Assembly: GCA_965235115.1 (NCBI GenBank)
Contig: OZ249436.1
Location: forward strand, 23,810,001 to 23,874,000
Origin: Laetmonice hystrix
Lineage: Eukaryota
DNA length: 64,000 nt
Direction of reading: 5' to 3'
The notes beneath the pieces are model-generated. The model was not told the DNA's origin. It searched no databases and worked only from the letters and a program-made list of their open reading frames with translations. Position 1 is the stretch's first letter. Every line of letters begins with the position of its first letter. The position numbers and the translations under genes were made by a program. Shown piece after piece: positions 49,631 to 63,000 of this stretch.

Positions 49631-51649
49631 ATGGGCCTTATCCACTGAGCTTACGGCCGGCCGATTTCATGTCCCGGCCGGCGCCGGCCCATCTTGACCG
49701 GCCGTGCTATTGGATAAGGATGCCTGGACGCCGGCCTGCATATGTCACGGCGCCGGTCCGGCGCCGTGACCGCCGCCCGCTGAATTCAATATATTGAATT
49801 TGACCGGGAGAGGGTCGGTCATGTACTTCTCCTTGTCCATACGCGACTGATTGCAACATGGCGGGTGGAAGGTAGAAAACTAGGCAGACATGCCGTGGTT
49901 AACCACGAGGGATCCCATCCCCTGGATAGGGGATATCCCCCATCCAGGGGATGGGATCTAGAAATTGTAGTCGGCATAGTAAACAGGGGATCGTATCTGT
50001 ATCGTTTTTCAAGATATCTAACTCAAACTTGGTGGACCTGTTGATAGTTACGAAATGTGATCTGATAATAAGTCATGACGTCATAATGACGTAACGTCAT
50101 GACGTCATTCGTGTTCTGGCTATTGGGACGCTTTTCAAGGTCACTATGGCTACTTTTGAGGAAATGATGACTGTCAGAATTGGGCAAGTACCTAATTCAT
50201 ATTTTGCAAATATTTGACCTTTGACTTTTGACATGTCTGAAAGCTGGGTCAAAGGTCAGAAAATGCTTAAATTCCTACTTCAATCCCTCAATTTCCATTA
50301 AAATTTTATGAAATTGCCCAGAGATGGTCTCTAACGAGAGCTTCAAAGGAATCCTCTTTGCTATTTGATGTGTAATATATAGATATATGCTATAAGTAAG
50401 AAACGGTGCCAGATAGGGCCATAGTTACAATTTAACACGAATAGGAAGTCATGCCTGCTCTTTCAATTGACGCCAAGTTTGATGACGTAGCGTGACGTAT
50501 GACGTCATAATGACGTCATCAATATTTTCTAAGGCCTATTACTCCTAAACGGTGGGGGTAAAGCCATGGTTACTATTAAACATGAATAGAAAGTCATACA
50601 TGTATGCTCTTGCAATTGACACCAACGTGGTGACGTATGACGTCATAATGACGTCATTGGTATCTTCTATGACCTATAACTCGAAAACGGTGCAAGGTAT
50701 AGTTATTGCCTTGAACACGAATAGGAAGTCATACTTGCTCTTTCCATTGACACCAAGTTTAAGGATGTAGCATGACGTATGACGTCATAATGACGTCATC
50801 AATATTTTCCAAGGCCTATAACTCCTAAACGGTGGGAGATAAAGCCATGGTTACTATTAAACATGAATAGGAAGTCATACATGCTCTTTCAGTTGACACC
50901 AACTTGGTGACGTATGACGTATGACGTCATAATGACGTCATTTGTATCTTCTATGACCTATAACTCGAAAACGGTGCAAGATAGGGCCATATAGTTACTA
51001 TTGAACGTGAATAGGAAGTCATACATGCTCTTTCAATTGACCCCAAGATTCATGACGTCGCGTGACAGACGATGTCATAATGACGCCATCAATATATTCT
51101 AAGGTAGGCTATATAACTCGTAAATTGTGGGAGATAAAGCCATGGTTACTATTGAACATGAATAGGAAGTCATAGATCCTCTTTCAAATGACACCAAGAT
51201 TCCCGACATAGCGTGATGTATGACGTCATAAAGACATCAATATTTCATAAGGCCTATATTACTCGTAAACGGTGCACGATGAGCCATGGCTATTGAACAC
51301 GAATACTATTCAACACGAATATGCAGTCATACATGTGCTCTTTTGATTAACACCAAGACTTAATACGTATCGTGACACCATATGTCATAATGACCTCATT
51401 AAGTCATAGGGACATGTCGCCCAGGAGATGGGATCCATCCACCTAACAACAATGAGATAGGTGGCAGTCCGGTCGGCCGTGAGTAGTGGAGAAGGCCACC
51501 GTGGCGCCGGCCGGTTCGTCCGCCTCTCAGTGGATAAGGCAGTCGGTAGTGAGCTCCCGGCGCCGGGAGTGGTACCGATTTTGTCATGTCTGAGCCGGCC
51601 GGTGACACGATGACGCCGGCCGGCTGTAAGCTCAGTGGATAACCCCCAT
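49631..51649. mobile_element. Harbinger-like MITE hosting a HINE-like element (49910-51437)
   Basis: TIR ATGGGCCTTATCCACTGAGCTTACGGCCGGCCG / CGGCCGGCTGTAAGCTCAGTGGATAACCCCCAT. The empty-site sequence is seen uninterrupted at ~59328-59367. Confidence 0.75.
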
Positions 51650-51824
51650 TAGCCAACAGCCTGGTGTGGATGACATTCGCCCTGGCAGAGTGTTTTATCA
51701 TGTCTGTGAATGTGATATTTTTCTAAATTTTCATGCTGCCCGTAACGGGTATCTATTTAATCCATAAGGATTAGATCTATCTAATCCATTTTAAAGGATA
51801 TCTCCATTCTTTCTTTTTTTAAAG

Positions 51825-52623
51825 AATAGACCGTTTTCCGTTGCGGGTTGCTATGCTGCCTCGTTTTGAAACACGGGGCAAGCGGCTACTTGACGACCAG
51901 TGTCCGCCATAGTTAACCTACGGGCAATCACTCGAGAGAGCTGATTTTGAACTGCTCACAAAACCTAGCAAAATAGAATATTTCGAAACTTGGACCGGCC
52001 CCCGACTACGATCATCCCTCCAAGAACGCGGTGTGACTATTTCTGGGTATAATAAAGCGTCACTGGTAGAGTTATCAAGTTGTGTTTCGGAACTCGAACT
52101 GCCGATCGACAGCAGCTGGCTGACACACACTGGCCGGCTGAGTGGTCTCGGGCGGGGGTCAAGCGTCGCGGGTGGCCGGGGCACTTGTTTAGGTGCAAGG
52201 CGGGGTAGCCGTTCACCGGGAGCTTTTCGTTTGCGGGATGCCATCATGAACAAAACAAATTATTTATTAGTTTATTAATTTATAATGTATTTTTATTGAG
52301 GCAGGAACCAGCTGTTGATTTTATATTCGTCAGTAGATCTATTTTTTTACATGTTCAACTTCAAACCGTGATCAAAACTTATTTCTGCCTGTTACCGAGA
52401 TTCCAACTTACTGTATCGTGTCACCCCCATTGTTTTATTAATCTGGCCACCCCGAACTGCTCATATTGACACGGAGAAACTCAAAATTCCAGATTTGCTC
52501 AACACCTCTTTCTTCACCGTTCGCTATTGCCCAAGCGCCGGCAACGCGGTGCGCTTGCACCGACTTTGGCGTCGCTAGGAAGCTTGTAGGTGGCGCTAGT
52601 AGTAGTTCGGAAAATGGTCTATT
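51825..52623. mobile_element. TIR element, unclassified
   Basis: AATAGACCGTTTTCCG / CGGAAAATGGTCTATT inverted ends; contains minus-strand ORF 51918-52253. Confidence 0.65.
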
Positions 52624-53388
52624 GACAGAAGTTATAATTGTTAGGCTAGACTCGGGTCCAGGATTTTCAGCAGAGGGGCCTCGGGAAATTTCTAAAAATT
52701 AGGAACTCTGAGACGCGATTTTCCGGCTTTTAGGGACCATTTTAGTGCATTACATTTTGTGGATTCATCACTCAACAGTTCAAAATAGCCGGAATGATTT
52801 AAGAATCTATGCTCTTGTGGAGCAGGGGGTCTGGCCCCCTGAACCCCTGCCGACACACGCCTGAAGTACTTTGAGAAACTTCACATCTATCTCCCAAAAT
52901 AGCGTTTTTTGACTCTCTAAATACAAGTCCCTCTCCCCCCCCCCCCATGTTCGCCTCGCACCTTCGGTGCCCCTCCTTTCGGGCAATGCTGGATCTGTGC
53001 ATGGAGGAGGAGGAGCATGGCGTATGAGGTTATAATGATGTTAATATTATTTTCTTAAGCCTATGGCCTGTATTCAAAGACATTCCTCCACTCACACTCA
53101 GTGAGAAACTCCTTATTCTCAATGAGGTCGACCTCATACTCATTAAGGAATAGGTTGACCTCACTGAGTGTGAGGTCGACCTCACCTCTGTTCCATTTCA
53201 CAGACGTCTCTCACCCTCAAGTAAGTGTCCCTCTCTGAGGAAAACCTGAGGAAGGTCCACACCTGCCTTCAGCATTCCTCGACGGTGCAAACATGGCCTT
53301 CAGGTGGTTGGGTAGACTTGACAATCTTCAGATTTTGCAGAATACAAGACGCAGGAGTGTCATTCCGAATTACAATTTTGACTATACA

Positions 53389-53510
53389 ATGTATGACGAT
53401 GAATAATTCCGTCAAAGATACCGTCTAACAAAAAAACGCGTTTTCACGAGCTGTTAAAAATAATCAGTCATGAATTACAACCGTACAACAACCGTAGAAG
53501 ACCTATTCCA
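53389..53510 (+). pseudogene. Harbinger transposase N-terminal remnant
   Basis: MYDDE*FRQRYRLTKK / FHELLKIISHELQPYNNRRRPIP (one stop, one frameshift), the typical HARBI1-family N-terminal motif. Confidence 0.7.
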
Positions 53511-53556
53511 ATAAAATTACGTTAAAATTAAGTTAAATTAAATTAAAATAAATTAA

Positions 53557-53713
53557 CCACTTCCCGGCGGATGACGTGTATACGCATGCATTGAACCTTC
53601 CATTCTAACGGATGACGTATATACGCAAAACTTTGCATTAAAATACATGTAATTTACAGAATTAACCTGACCAGGGGGTCAGATAATTAAACATTAATCC
53701 CGCTGGCAAGTGG
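53557..53713. mobile_element. piggyBac-like MITE (157 bp)
   Basis: TTAA|CCACTTCCCGGCGG ... CCGCTGGCAAGTGG|TTAA. Confidence 0.7.
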
Positions 53714-54559
53714 TTAAAGTAAAATAAAATTAAGTTTAAAATAAAATTAAAATAATAATAAAAAATAATAATTAAAAAAAACAATGCACTGTCAGACAGA
53801 CCAAATGGACGAATCCCACTAGGCAATGGGTCAGTAGATTACACAACGGCATTTATTTATAACTTTAGTCTGCCAGTACACAATGGAGGCTGACCTCAAT
53901 CAAGTGTGACTTGAGGAAGGTCTGTGAATAGCAAATTGCAAGTAGGAGTGCAAGGTTGACCTCACACTCATAAAGGATGAGGTCGACCTTACACTCTCCC
54001 TCGAGTTATCCTCGAGTACTCCTCAGTGGAGTTTGAGTGGAGGATGAGGTTGAGTGATGTCCGTGAATACGGGCCTAAAACTCGAACACGGTGCAAGATG
54101 GAGCCATGGTTACTATTAAACAGAAATAGGAAGTCTACATTGTACATGCTCTTTCAATTGCTACCAAGATTTATGATGATGCGTATCATATGATGCCATA
54201 ATGATGCCATTGACATCTTCCAAGGTTTTTAAGAAATAAACCGTTCAAGATAGAGCAATGGTTAGATCTACAAGTTAACACGAATGGGAAGTCATATATG
54301 ATATGATCTTTCGCTTGACATTTTTTACGGCAATAACTTGTAAATGGTTGAAGTTGGAACTGTAGTTACTATGAAACACTAATAGGACCTCATAATTACG
54401 TCATTTACCTCTTCTAAAGCTTATAAGTCATTACCTGCGCAAGATTGAGCCATATTGTTTACCCCACTCAAAAGATGTCATATATTACGTGACTCCCCGG
54501 GGATGGGATCAATTATGGTGTCGCCACAACGTGTCTAGTTATTTTTGGCGGGTGTAGTT

Positions 54560-56541
54560 ATCCCATCCCCGACAGGGGGATGGGATCTTGAGATTGTACG
54601 GTTTCGTCTTCCTTATTATTATCCCATCCCCACGGAGGGGATGGGATTTTGAAATTGTAGTTGTTAACAGTTGTAAACACTATGTCATAACTCGGTCGTT
54701 TTTCAAGATATCTCCACAAACTTGGTGACGTCACGTCATGACGTCAAATTTTTGGGACTTTGGGGGCCATTTTTAACGTTCATATTGGGAATTTAGAATA
54801 TCTATCATGGGGTTTTGTTTAGGCAAGGGTGTTGCTTAAGAGGGACCCTCCATTTGACCTTTGACCTTCGGGAGAACTGGGTCCTAGGTCGTAAATCGGT
54901 TAAATCACTACTCCTTCCTCATTTTTTGGTAAAATTTGAAAATATTGGGCAGATACACTCTCTGACGAAACCTCCACAAGATGTTCATTGGGATTTAGCG
55001 ATTTGACCTATTTTCGCTGAGTCACGTGACGCTGAAGTTGTGAACAGTGCCTAGTTTAGATATCTACAATCTAATTAGAATTAGATCTTGGTAGGCCTAT
55101 TCCGCATCTCTCTCGGCTGTGTCAGTGCTGTCTGCGCTCCATAGGCTACCTAGATCTAAGGAAATCCCATTAGGGGTCACCTAAGGTTAACCTCTGGATT
55201 CAGCCAATCAGCGAGTCGCCTACGAAATCTTCGGTGTGCGCTCGTAGGCATTTTCAATGGCCCACTGGAATCTGGGTCAAAGGGCAGCCTGAGGTGACCC
55301 CATACGGGATGCCGTTAGATCCTAGTATGGAGCGCATGCGAAATAACTAAGATCTAATTTTAATTAGATTGAGATATCTATGGCTAAAACTCGAAGATAC
55401 TTCTTCCCCCCTCCTCCCACCCATGTTCGCCTCGCACCTTTGGTACCCCTCCTTTCATGCATGACGTGTGAGGTTATAATGATGTTACATTATTTTCTTA
55501 AGCCTGCAACTCGGAAACGGTGCAAGATGGAGCCATGGTCAAGATTTAACTCGAAAACGGTGCAAGATGGAGCCATGGTTACTAATGAACAGGTATAGGA
55601 AGTAGCTCTTTCAATTGACACCAAGATTTATAATGTAGCTTGTCATATGCTGTCATAATGGCGTCATTTGCATCTTCCAAGGCTTCTAAGTCCCAAACCA
55701 TTCCAGATAGAGCTAGTCACCGCTTAGCAGTGTATCCTTCGACAGCATTATTTTTTAGGTCACGTCACCTATGGCGTCAGAAGGATGTCTATGTTTTAAC
55801 AAGGCTAAAACTTGTAAATGGTTGGCGTTAAGAGACATAGTTACTATTAAACACTAATAGGAAGTCATATACGATCTTTCACCTGACAATTTTTACGTGA
55901 CGTGACACATGACATCATGAGGTGTAATAGGTATATTTCTCAGGGCTATAACTTGTAAATGGTAGAAGTTAGAGCTATAGTTACTATTAAACACTAATAG
56001 GAAGATACACATGATCTTTCAGTTGAGACCAAGATTTATTACGTAGCCTGACGTGCCACCTCATAATTACGTCATTGGCATCTTCTAAAGCTTATAAGTC
56101 ATTAACTGTGCAAGATTGAACCCTAGTTTAGTTACCCTACTCAGAACATGTCATATATTACGTGACTCCCCGGGGATGGGATCAATTGTGGTGTCGCCAC
56201 AACGTGTCTAGTTATCCCATCCCCTATCCAGGGGATGGGATCTAGAAATTGTGTGGTTTCGTCTTCCCTATTATTATTATCCCATCCCCTACGGAGGGGA
56301 TGGGATTTTGAAATTGTGTGGTTTCGTCTTCTGTATTATTATTATCCCATCCCCTACGGAGGGGATGGGATTTAGAAATTGTATGGTTTCGTCTTCTGTA
56401 TTATTATCCCATCCCCTACGGAGGGGATGGGATTTAGAAATTGTGTGGTTTCGTCTTCTGTATTATTATCCCATCCCCTATCCAGGGGATGGGATTTAGA
56501 AATTGTGTGGTTTCGTCTTCCCTATTATTATTTTTTTTTGC

Positions 56542-56585
<44 letters not shown>

Positions 56586-59520
56586 CGTAAACAGTACCTC
56601 TATCTCAGTCATTTTTCAAGATATCTCAATCAAACTTTGCACATATCTTCACCATGAAAAGGTCAGGCCACACAAGCAGTCACGAGGTCACGTGACGTCA
56701 CGTCATGACGTCATGACGTCAAACGTGTTTGGGATATTGAGGGCCATTTTTAAAGTTCATATTGGGAATTTCCAAGATCTATCATGGCGTTATGATCAGG
56801 CAAGGGTCTAGCCTAAAACTGACCCTTCTTTTGACCTTTGACCTTTGACCTTAGGGAGAACTGGGTCCGAGGTCACAAATCGGTTAAATCGCTACTTCTT
56901 CTTCATTTATTGGTAAAAGTTGACAATATTGGGCAGGAATACTCTCTAACAAGTGTTTTAATAGAAACATCCAAGGATAAGCGATTTGACCTATATTGGC
57001 TGAATCACGTGACCTTGAAGTTTTCAAAAGTGGCCAGTTTAGCTAACTATGGCTACAACTTCTAAACAGTGCCAGATAGGGAAATAGTTAGTATTGAACA
57101 CGAATAGGAAGTCATATATGCGCTTTCATTTGGCACCATTATTTTTCAGGTCACGTGACCTATGACGTCATAACGATGTCATCAATATTTTCTCAGGGCT
57201 ATAACTTGTAAATGGTTGAAGATAGAGCCATAGTTACTATTAAACACTAATAGGAAGTCATGTATGCTCTTTCACTTGACACCATTATTTTTCAGATCAC
57301 GTGACCTATGACGTCATAATGATGTCAACCATGTTTTCTCAGGGCCATCACTTGTAAATGGTTGAAGTTAGAGTCATACTTACTATTGAAGATGAATAGG
57401 AAGTCATATATGCTCTTTCATGTGGCCCCATTATTATTTTAGGTCACGTGACCTCTGATGTCATAAGAATGTCATCAATATTTTCTCAGGGCTATAACTT
57501 GTGAATGGTTGAAGATAGACCATAGTTACTATTAAACACTAATAGGAAGTCATATATGCTCTTTCACTTGACACCATTATTTTTCAGGTCATGTGACCTA
57601 TGACGTCATAATGATGTCAACCATGTTTTCTCAGGGCCATCACTTGTAAATGGTTGAAGTTAGAATCATGCTTACTATTGAAGATGAATAGGAAGTCAAA
57701 TACGCTCTTTCATTTGGCACCATTATTTTTCAGGTCACGTGACCTATCAGGTCATAATGATATCATCCATATTTTCTTAGGGCTATAACTTGTAAATGGT
57801 TGAAGTTAGAGCTATACCTACTATTAAACACTAACACTAACAGGAAGCAATATGCTCTTCCATTTGACACCATCATTTTGAATAGCTATAGCTCTCTCTA
57901 CTAAATCAGAACATGGTAGACAGGACCCCCCAGGGGATGGGATCCATTGTGGTTATCACCGCAACGGGTCTAGTTATTATTATTATTTTTGGCGATGTAG
58001 TTGTAGTAGTAGTAGTAATAGTAGTAGTAGTAGTAAACAGTACGTCTATCTCAGTCATTTTTGAAGATATCTCAACCAAACTTGGTACACATCTTGACCA
58101 TGACAAGGTCTGGTAGGACAACGAGTTGTGACGTGACGGGACGTCACGTCATGACGTCATGACGTGAAATGTGGTTTTGGACGTTGAGGCCATTTTCTCT
58201 GCTCATATTAGGAATTTCCAAAAACCTTCATGCCATTGTCATCGGGCAAGGGTGTTGCCTCAATCTGACACTTAATTTGGCCTTTGACCTTTGACCTTAA
58301 GGAGAACGGGGTCCTTGGTCAAAAATCGGTTAAATCGCTACTTCTTCTTCATTTTGTGGTAAAATACGACGATATTTGGCAGGAAGATTCTCTCACAAGA
58401 GCCTTCACAACTGTTGTTGAACGGATGAGAGATTTGACCTATTTTCGCCGAACCACGTGACTTTGAAGTTTGTCACTTTTGACATTTTTTTCTAAAACTG
58501 CTTTAGTCATATAGGAATCGTGTATTTGGTCACTAGATATGTGCTGCTATTGACGATTGGTCACTTTGCATATTTCTTTTCATAAATTTACCAATATCTT
58601 TTTTTATTTATGATGAAATAATGTAATCTGACGTTGACAGGCTCTACCTTAAACCTGTTTAAGATAGCCATATACAAATACAACAATTACAAAGTGTATA
58701 GATTCAGGTATACCACTGGCTGTTTAGTTCTTGTTTTGGAAAGGTAATATGGCCAGAATTGTAAGTTTTAATGGGTATAGTCTTCACAATAATATTTTTG
58801 CCGTCTGACAGTTGGCATCTCTGAATACACAGATCTCCCACTGTGATGCGACCGCCGGTCCCTGGCCAGGCCGGGAGAGAGTTACGTAAGTGCTGGTGAT
58901 AAGGGCCGGCCGGCCGGCCTACTCCCCCCTCCCTCCCAGTGAGGGAGGAATATGATTGTGTATTCAGGTTCTATCCCCCATGATAACTTTCCACGAAATG
59001 TTTGGGCAGGGGTTAGGGTTAATGTCAGGGATAGGGATAGGGATAGAATAGGGATATGTTTTGGGGAGGTGTAGGGACTGGGGTTAGGGGTTAGGGATAA
59101 GGTCAGGGCCATGGATCTTTCCTTTCCACCAAATTTCGTGGAGTTTAAGTTATCATGGGCGATATACCTGTATTCAGAACTGACTTAGCTGTGCCTTTGA
59201 ACTGTAGGTGTAACTGCCTATTGCATTTGTTTTTGAATCTTATGTAGGAGAGCTGAATAAAACAATACTACTGATTGTTGGTTGTGGAGTTCAAGTGACA
59301 CGACAAGCTTTTGGTCAGCTGCACTTGGTTTAGCCTGAGCCAACAGTCTGGTGTGGATGACATTCGCACCTATTGGTAAAGTTTCATGATGTATGACTAC
59401 GTGTTGGCTAAATGGCGAGAGATAGAAGTGAACGAACGGTGTGCACAGTAGACAGGTATGCAGTCGTCCTGGCGAGCGGCACACACAATAGATGCAGCCA
59501 TCACTTGAGCTTGGGGTTAC
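54560..59520 (+). mobile_element. Second nested HINE-like stack (G-type families): complete copies 54621-56211 and 56468-57973, further body 57974-~59520
   Basis: 5' hairpins at 54560, 54621, 56214, 56279, 56344, 56406, 56468. 3' ends (subTIR + hairpin + CTAG) at 56172-56211 and 57933-57973. Confidence 0.8.
58965..59170. mobile_element. MITE with 4-bp TSD and a degenerate TTAGGG-like core
   Basis: TIR CAGGTTCTATCCCCCATGATAACT / AGTTATCATGGGCGATATACCTG; TATT on both flanks. Confidence 0.75.
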
Positions 59521-59525
59521 TTGGG

Positions 59526-59652
59526 GTATTTTCCCCAACTTTTGATTACGTCATAACTCTATGACGTTACGTCATATGACGTCATGCATATAAAAATTAG
59601 TTGCTATGCCCATGAGCAAGAGTCCCACCAAGTTTCATTACGATACCTTAAT
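59526..59652 (-). mobile_element. Family A fragment
   Basis: Near-identical to 4152-4278; truncated at TTAA. Confidence 0.8.
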
Positions 59653-60037
59653 AGCGGAGAGGTTAACGACATAACACTGCACTTCATAGTACAATTATAA
59701 AACTTGGCATGATTGTTCCTTAGGTCAAGTGAACAGAATTTATCATAAGCTCCGCCTCGAAATATGCATAATTACCTCCTAATTAGCATAAAATTTGCTA
59801 ATTAACCCAAAATCAGAGGAAATGCCCATCTCGGCCCCCTAGTAGGCCGATTCTGACAAAGTTAAACTCTACTTCTTGTGAGGGTGAGGAATCGATTTAT
59901 GATACTTCCAAAATTATCTTACCTCAAGGTCATGTGATAAAAGGTCATTCATGTGATAAAAGGTCATTTTAAGGTCAAATTACTACCGACACGTCAAAAT
60001 CGCCTATGTAAGCCCCCAGTAGTCCGCCACCTAACTA

Positions 60038-63000
60038 GTGATTAGTTCCCTATATACCCCACCCGACTGTATTTTTCTTTTGAAATGCACGGGCATCAGG
60101 GGTAACCCAATTACTTTTGACAATGTCCCTAAAGAGAAAAGTTGTATAGTCCTTTACAGGAATCGAACCCAGGCCCTAAGATTACTGCACCCATTCGCAT
60201 AGCATAAGGTGTCGACACCCATGCATGCCCACTCGGCCACCGCGACTCCCCTAAAAAAGGAGCTTTGGTGGTCGAGCAGGACAATGGACCCTCCCCCCTA
60301 CACACATCTTTTTGAAATGAGACGGAATCCATATTTTCCTAGTTAGAGCTACACATGATTTCTACCGAACATTGACTGTTAAGGTAATCCTGGCACTGGC
60401 GTAGACTGTATTTTTTTTTTTGAAATGCACGGGCATCAGGGGTAACCCAATTACTTTTGACAATGTCCCTAAAGAGAAAAGTTGTATAGTCCTCTACAGG
60501 AATCGAACCAAGGCCCTAAGATTACTGCACCCATTCGCATAGCATAAGGTGTCGACACCCATGCCCACTCGGCCACCGCGACTCCCCTAAAAAAGGAGCT
60601 TTGGTGGTCGAGCAGGACAATGGACCCTCCCCCTACACACATCTTTTTGAAATGAGACGGAATCCATATTTTTCTAGTTAGAGCTACACATGATTTCTAC
60701 CGAACATTGACTGTTAAGGTAATCCTGGCACTGGCGTAGACTGTATTTTTCTTTTGAAATGCACGGGCATCAGGGGTAACCCAATTACTTTTGACAATGT
60801 CCCTAAAGAGAAGAGTTGTATAGTCTTCTACAGGAATCGAACCCAGGCCCTAAGATTACTGCACCCATTCGCATAGCATAAGGTGTCGACACCCATGCCC
60901 ACTCGGCCACCGCGACTCCCCTAAAAAAGGAGCTTTGGTGGTCGAGCAGGACAATGGACCCTCCCCCCTACACACATCTTTTTGAAATGAGACGGAATCC
61001 ATATTTTCCTAGTTAGAGCTACACATGATTTCTACCGAACATTGACTGTTAAGGTAATCCTGGCACTGGCGTAGACTGTATTTTTCTTTTGAAATGCACG
61101 GGCATCAGGGGTAACCCAATTACTTTGACAATGTCCCTAAAGAGAAAAGTTGTATAGTCCTCTACAGGAATCGAACCCAGGCCCTAAGATTACTGCACCC
61201 ATTCGCATAGCACAAGGTGTCGACATCCATGCCCACTAGGCCACCGCCACTCCCCTAAAAAAGGAGCTTTGGTGGTCGAGCAGGACAATGGACCCTCCCC
61301 CCTACACACATCTTTTTGAAATGAGACGGAATCCATATTTTCCTAGTTAGAGCTACACATGATTTCTACCGAACATTGACTGTTAAGGTAATCCTGGCAC
61401 TGGCGTAGACTGTATTTTTCTTTTGAAATGCACGGGCATCAGGGGTAACCCAATTACTTTGACAATGTCCCTAAAGAGAAAAGCTGTATATGATTAGGTC
61501 CCTATATACTCCACTGACTGTATTTTTCTTTTGAAATGCACGGGCATCAGGGGTAACCCAATTACTTTGACAATGTCCATAAAGAGAAAAGTTGTATAGT
61601 CATCTACAGGAATCGAACCCAGGCCCTAAGATTACTGCACCCATTCGCATAGCATAAGGTGTCGACATGCATGCCTACTAGGCCACTGACTGTATTTTTC
61701 TTTTTGAAATGCACGGGCATCAGGGGTAACCCAATTACTTTGACAATGTCCCTAAAGAGAAAAGTTGTATAGTCCTCTACAGGAATCGAACCCAGGCCCT
61801 AAGATTACTGCACCCATTCGCATAGCATAAGGTGTCGACATCCATGCCCACTAGGCCACCGCCACTCCCCTAAAAAAGGAGCTTTGGTGGTCGAGCAGGA
61901 CAATGGACCCTCCCCCCTACACACATCTTTTTTAAATGAGACGGAATCCATATTTTCCTAGTTAGAGCTACACATGATTCCTACCGAACATTGACTGTTA
62001 AGGTAATCCTGGCACTGGCGTAGACTGTATTTTTCTTTTGAAATGCACGGGCATCAGGGGTAACCCAATTACTTTGACAATGTCCCTAAAGAGAAAAGTT
62101 GTATAGTCCTCTACAGGAATCGAACCCAGGCCCTAAGATTACTGCACCCATTCGCATAGCACAAGGTGTCGACATATGTGATTAGGGCCCTATATACCCC
62201 ACCTGACTGTATTTTTATTTTGAAATGCACGGGCATCAGGGGTAACCCAATTAAATGATTAGGTCCCTATATACCCCACTTGACTGTACTGATTCGGTTC
62301 CTATATACGCCACCTGACTGTAATGATTAGGTCCCTATATACTCCACTGACTGTATTTTTCTTTTGAAATGCACGGGCATCAGGGGTAACCCAATTACTT
62401 TGACAATGTCCATAAAGAGAAAAGTTGTATAGTCATCTACAGGAATCGAACCCAGGCCCTAAGATTACTGCACCCATTCGCATAGCATAAGGTGTCGACA
62501 TCCATGCCCACTAGGCCACTGACTGTATTTTTCTTTTGAAATGCACGGGCATCAGGGGTAACCCAATTACTTTGACAATGTCCCTAAAGAGAAAAGTTGT
62601 ATAGTCCTCTACAGGAATCGAACCCAGGCCCTAAGATTACTGCACCCATTCGCATAGCATAAGGTGTCGACATCCATGCCCACTAGGCCACCGCCACTCC
62701 CCTAAAAAAGGAGCTTTGGTGGTCGAGCAGGACAATGGACCCTCCCCCCTACACACATCTTTTTTAAATGAGACGGAATCCATATTTTCCTAGTTAGAGC
62801 TACACATGATTTCTACCGAACATTGACTGTTAAGGTAATCCTGGCACTGGCGTAGACTGTATTTTTCTTTTGAAATGCACGGGCATCAGGGGTAACCCAA
62901 TTACTTTGACAATGTCCCTAAAGAGAAAAGTTGTATAGTCCTCTACAGGAATCGAACCCAGGCCCTAAGATTACTGCACCCATTCGCATAGCATAAGGTG

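Larger units (their letters stand above)
53065..54075 (+). mobile_element. Internally deleted Harbinger-type transposon
   Basis: TIR GGCCTGTATTCAAAGACAT / ATGTCCGTGAATACGGGCC, TAT/TAA flanks, GAGGTYGACCTC palindromic subterminal repeats. Confidence 0.75.
47610..54538 (+). mobile_element. Composite, heavily interrupted HINE-like sequence ending in a canonical 3' end
   Basis: Core repeats (AATAGGAAGTCATAT) between inserts; 3' end GGGGATGGGAT-CAATTATGGTGTCGCCACAA-CGTGT-CTAG at 54499-54538. The 5' part, with a (CGTM)-like microsatellite near 47615, looks like a different family. Confidence 0.5.

Noticed and set aside
59005..59105. True telomere or chromosome-fusion relic
   Set aside because: Short, degenerate, and enclosed by MITE TIRs with a TSD.
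60065..60135. Hammerhead ribozyme (retrozyme/Penelope) in the 335-bp unit
   Set aside because: The minus strand reads CTGATGCC rather than the CUGANGA core and I found no supporting helices. An Infernal search would be needed to exclude it fully.
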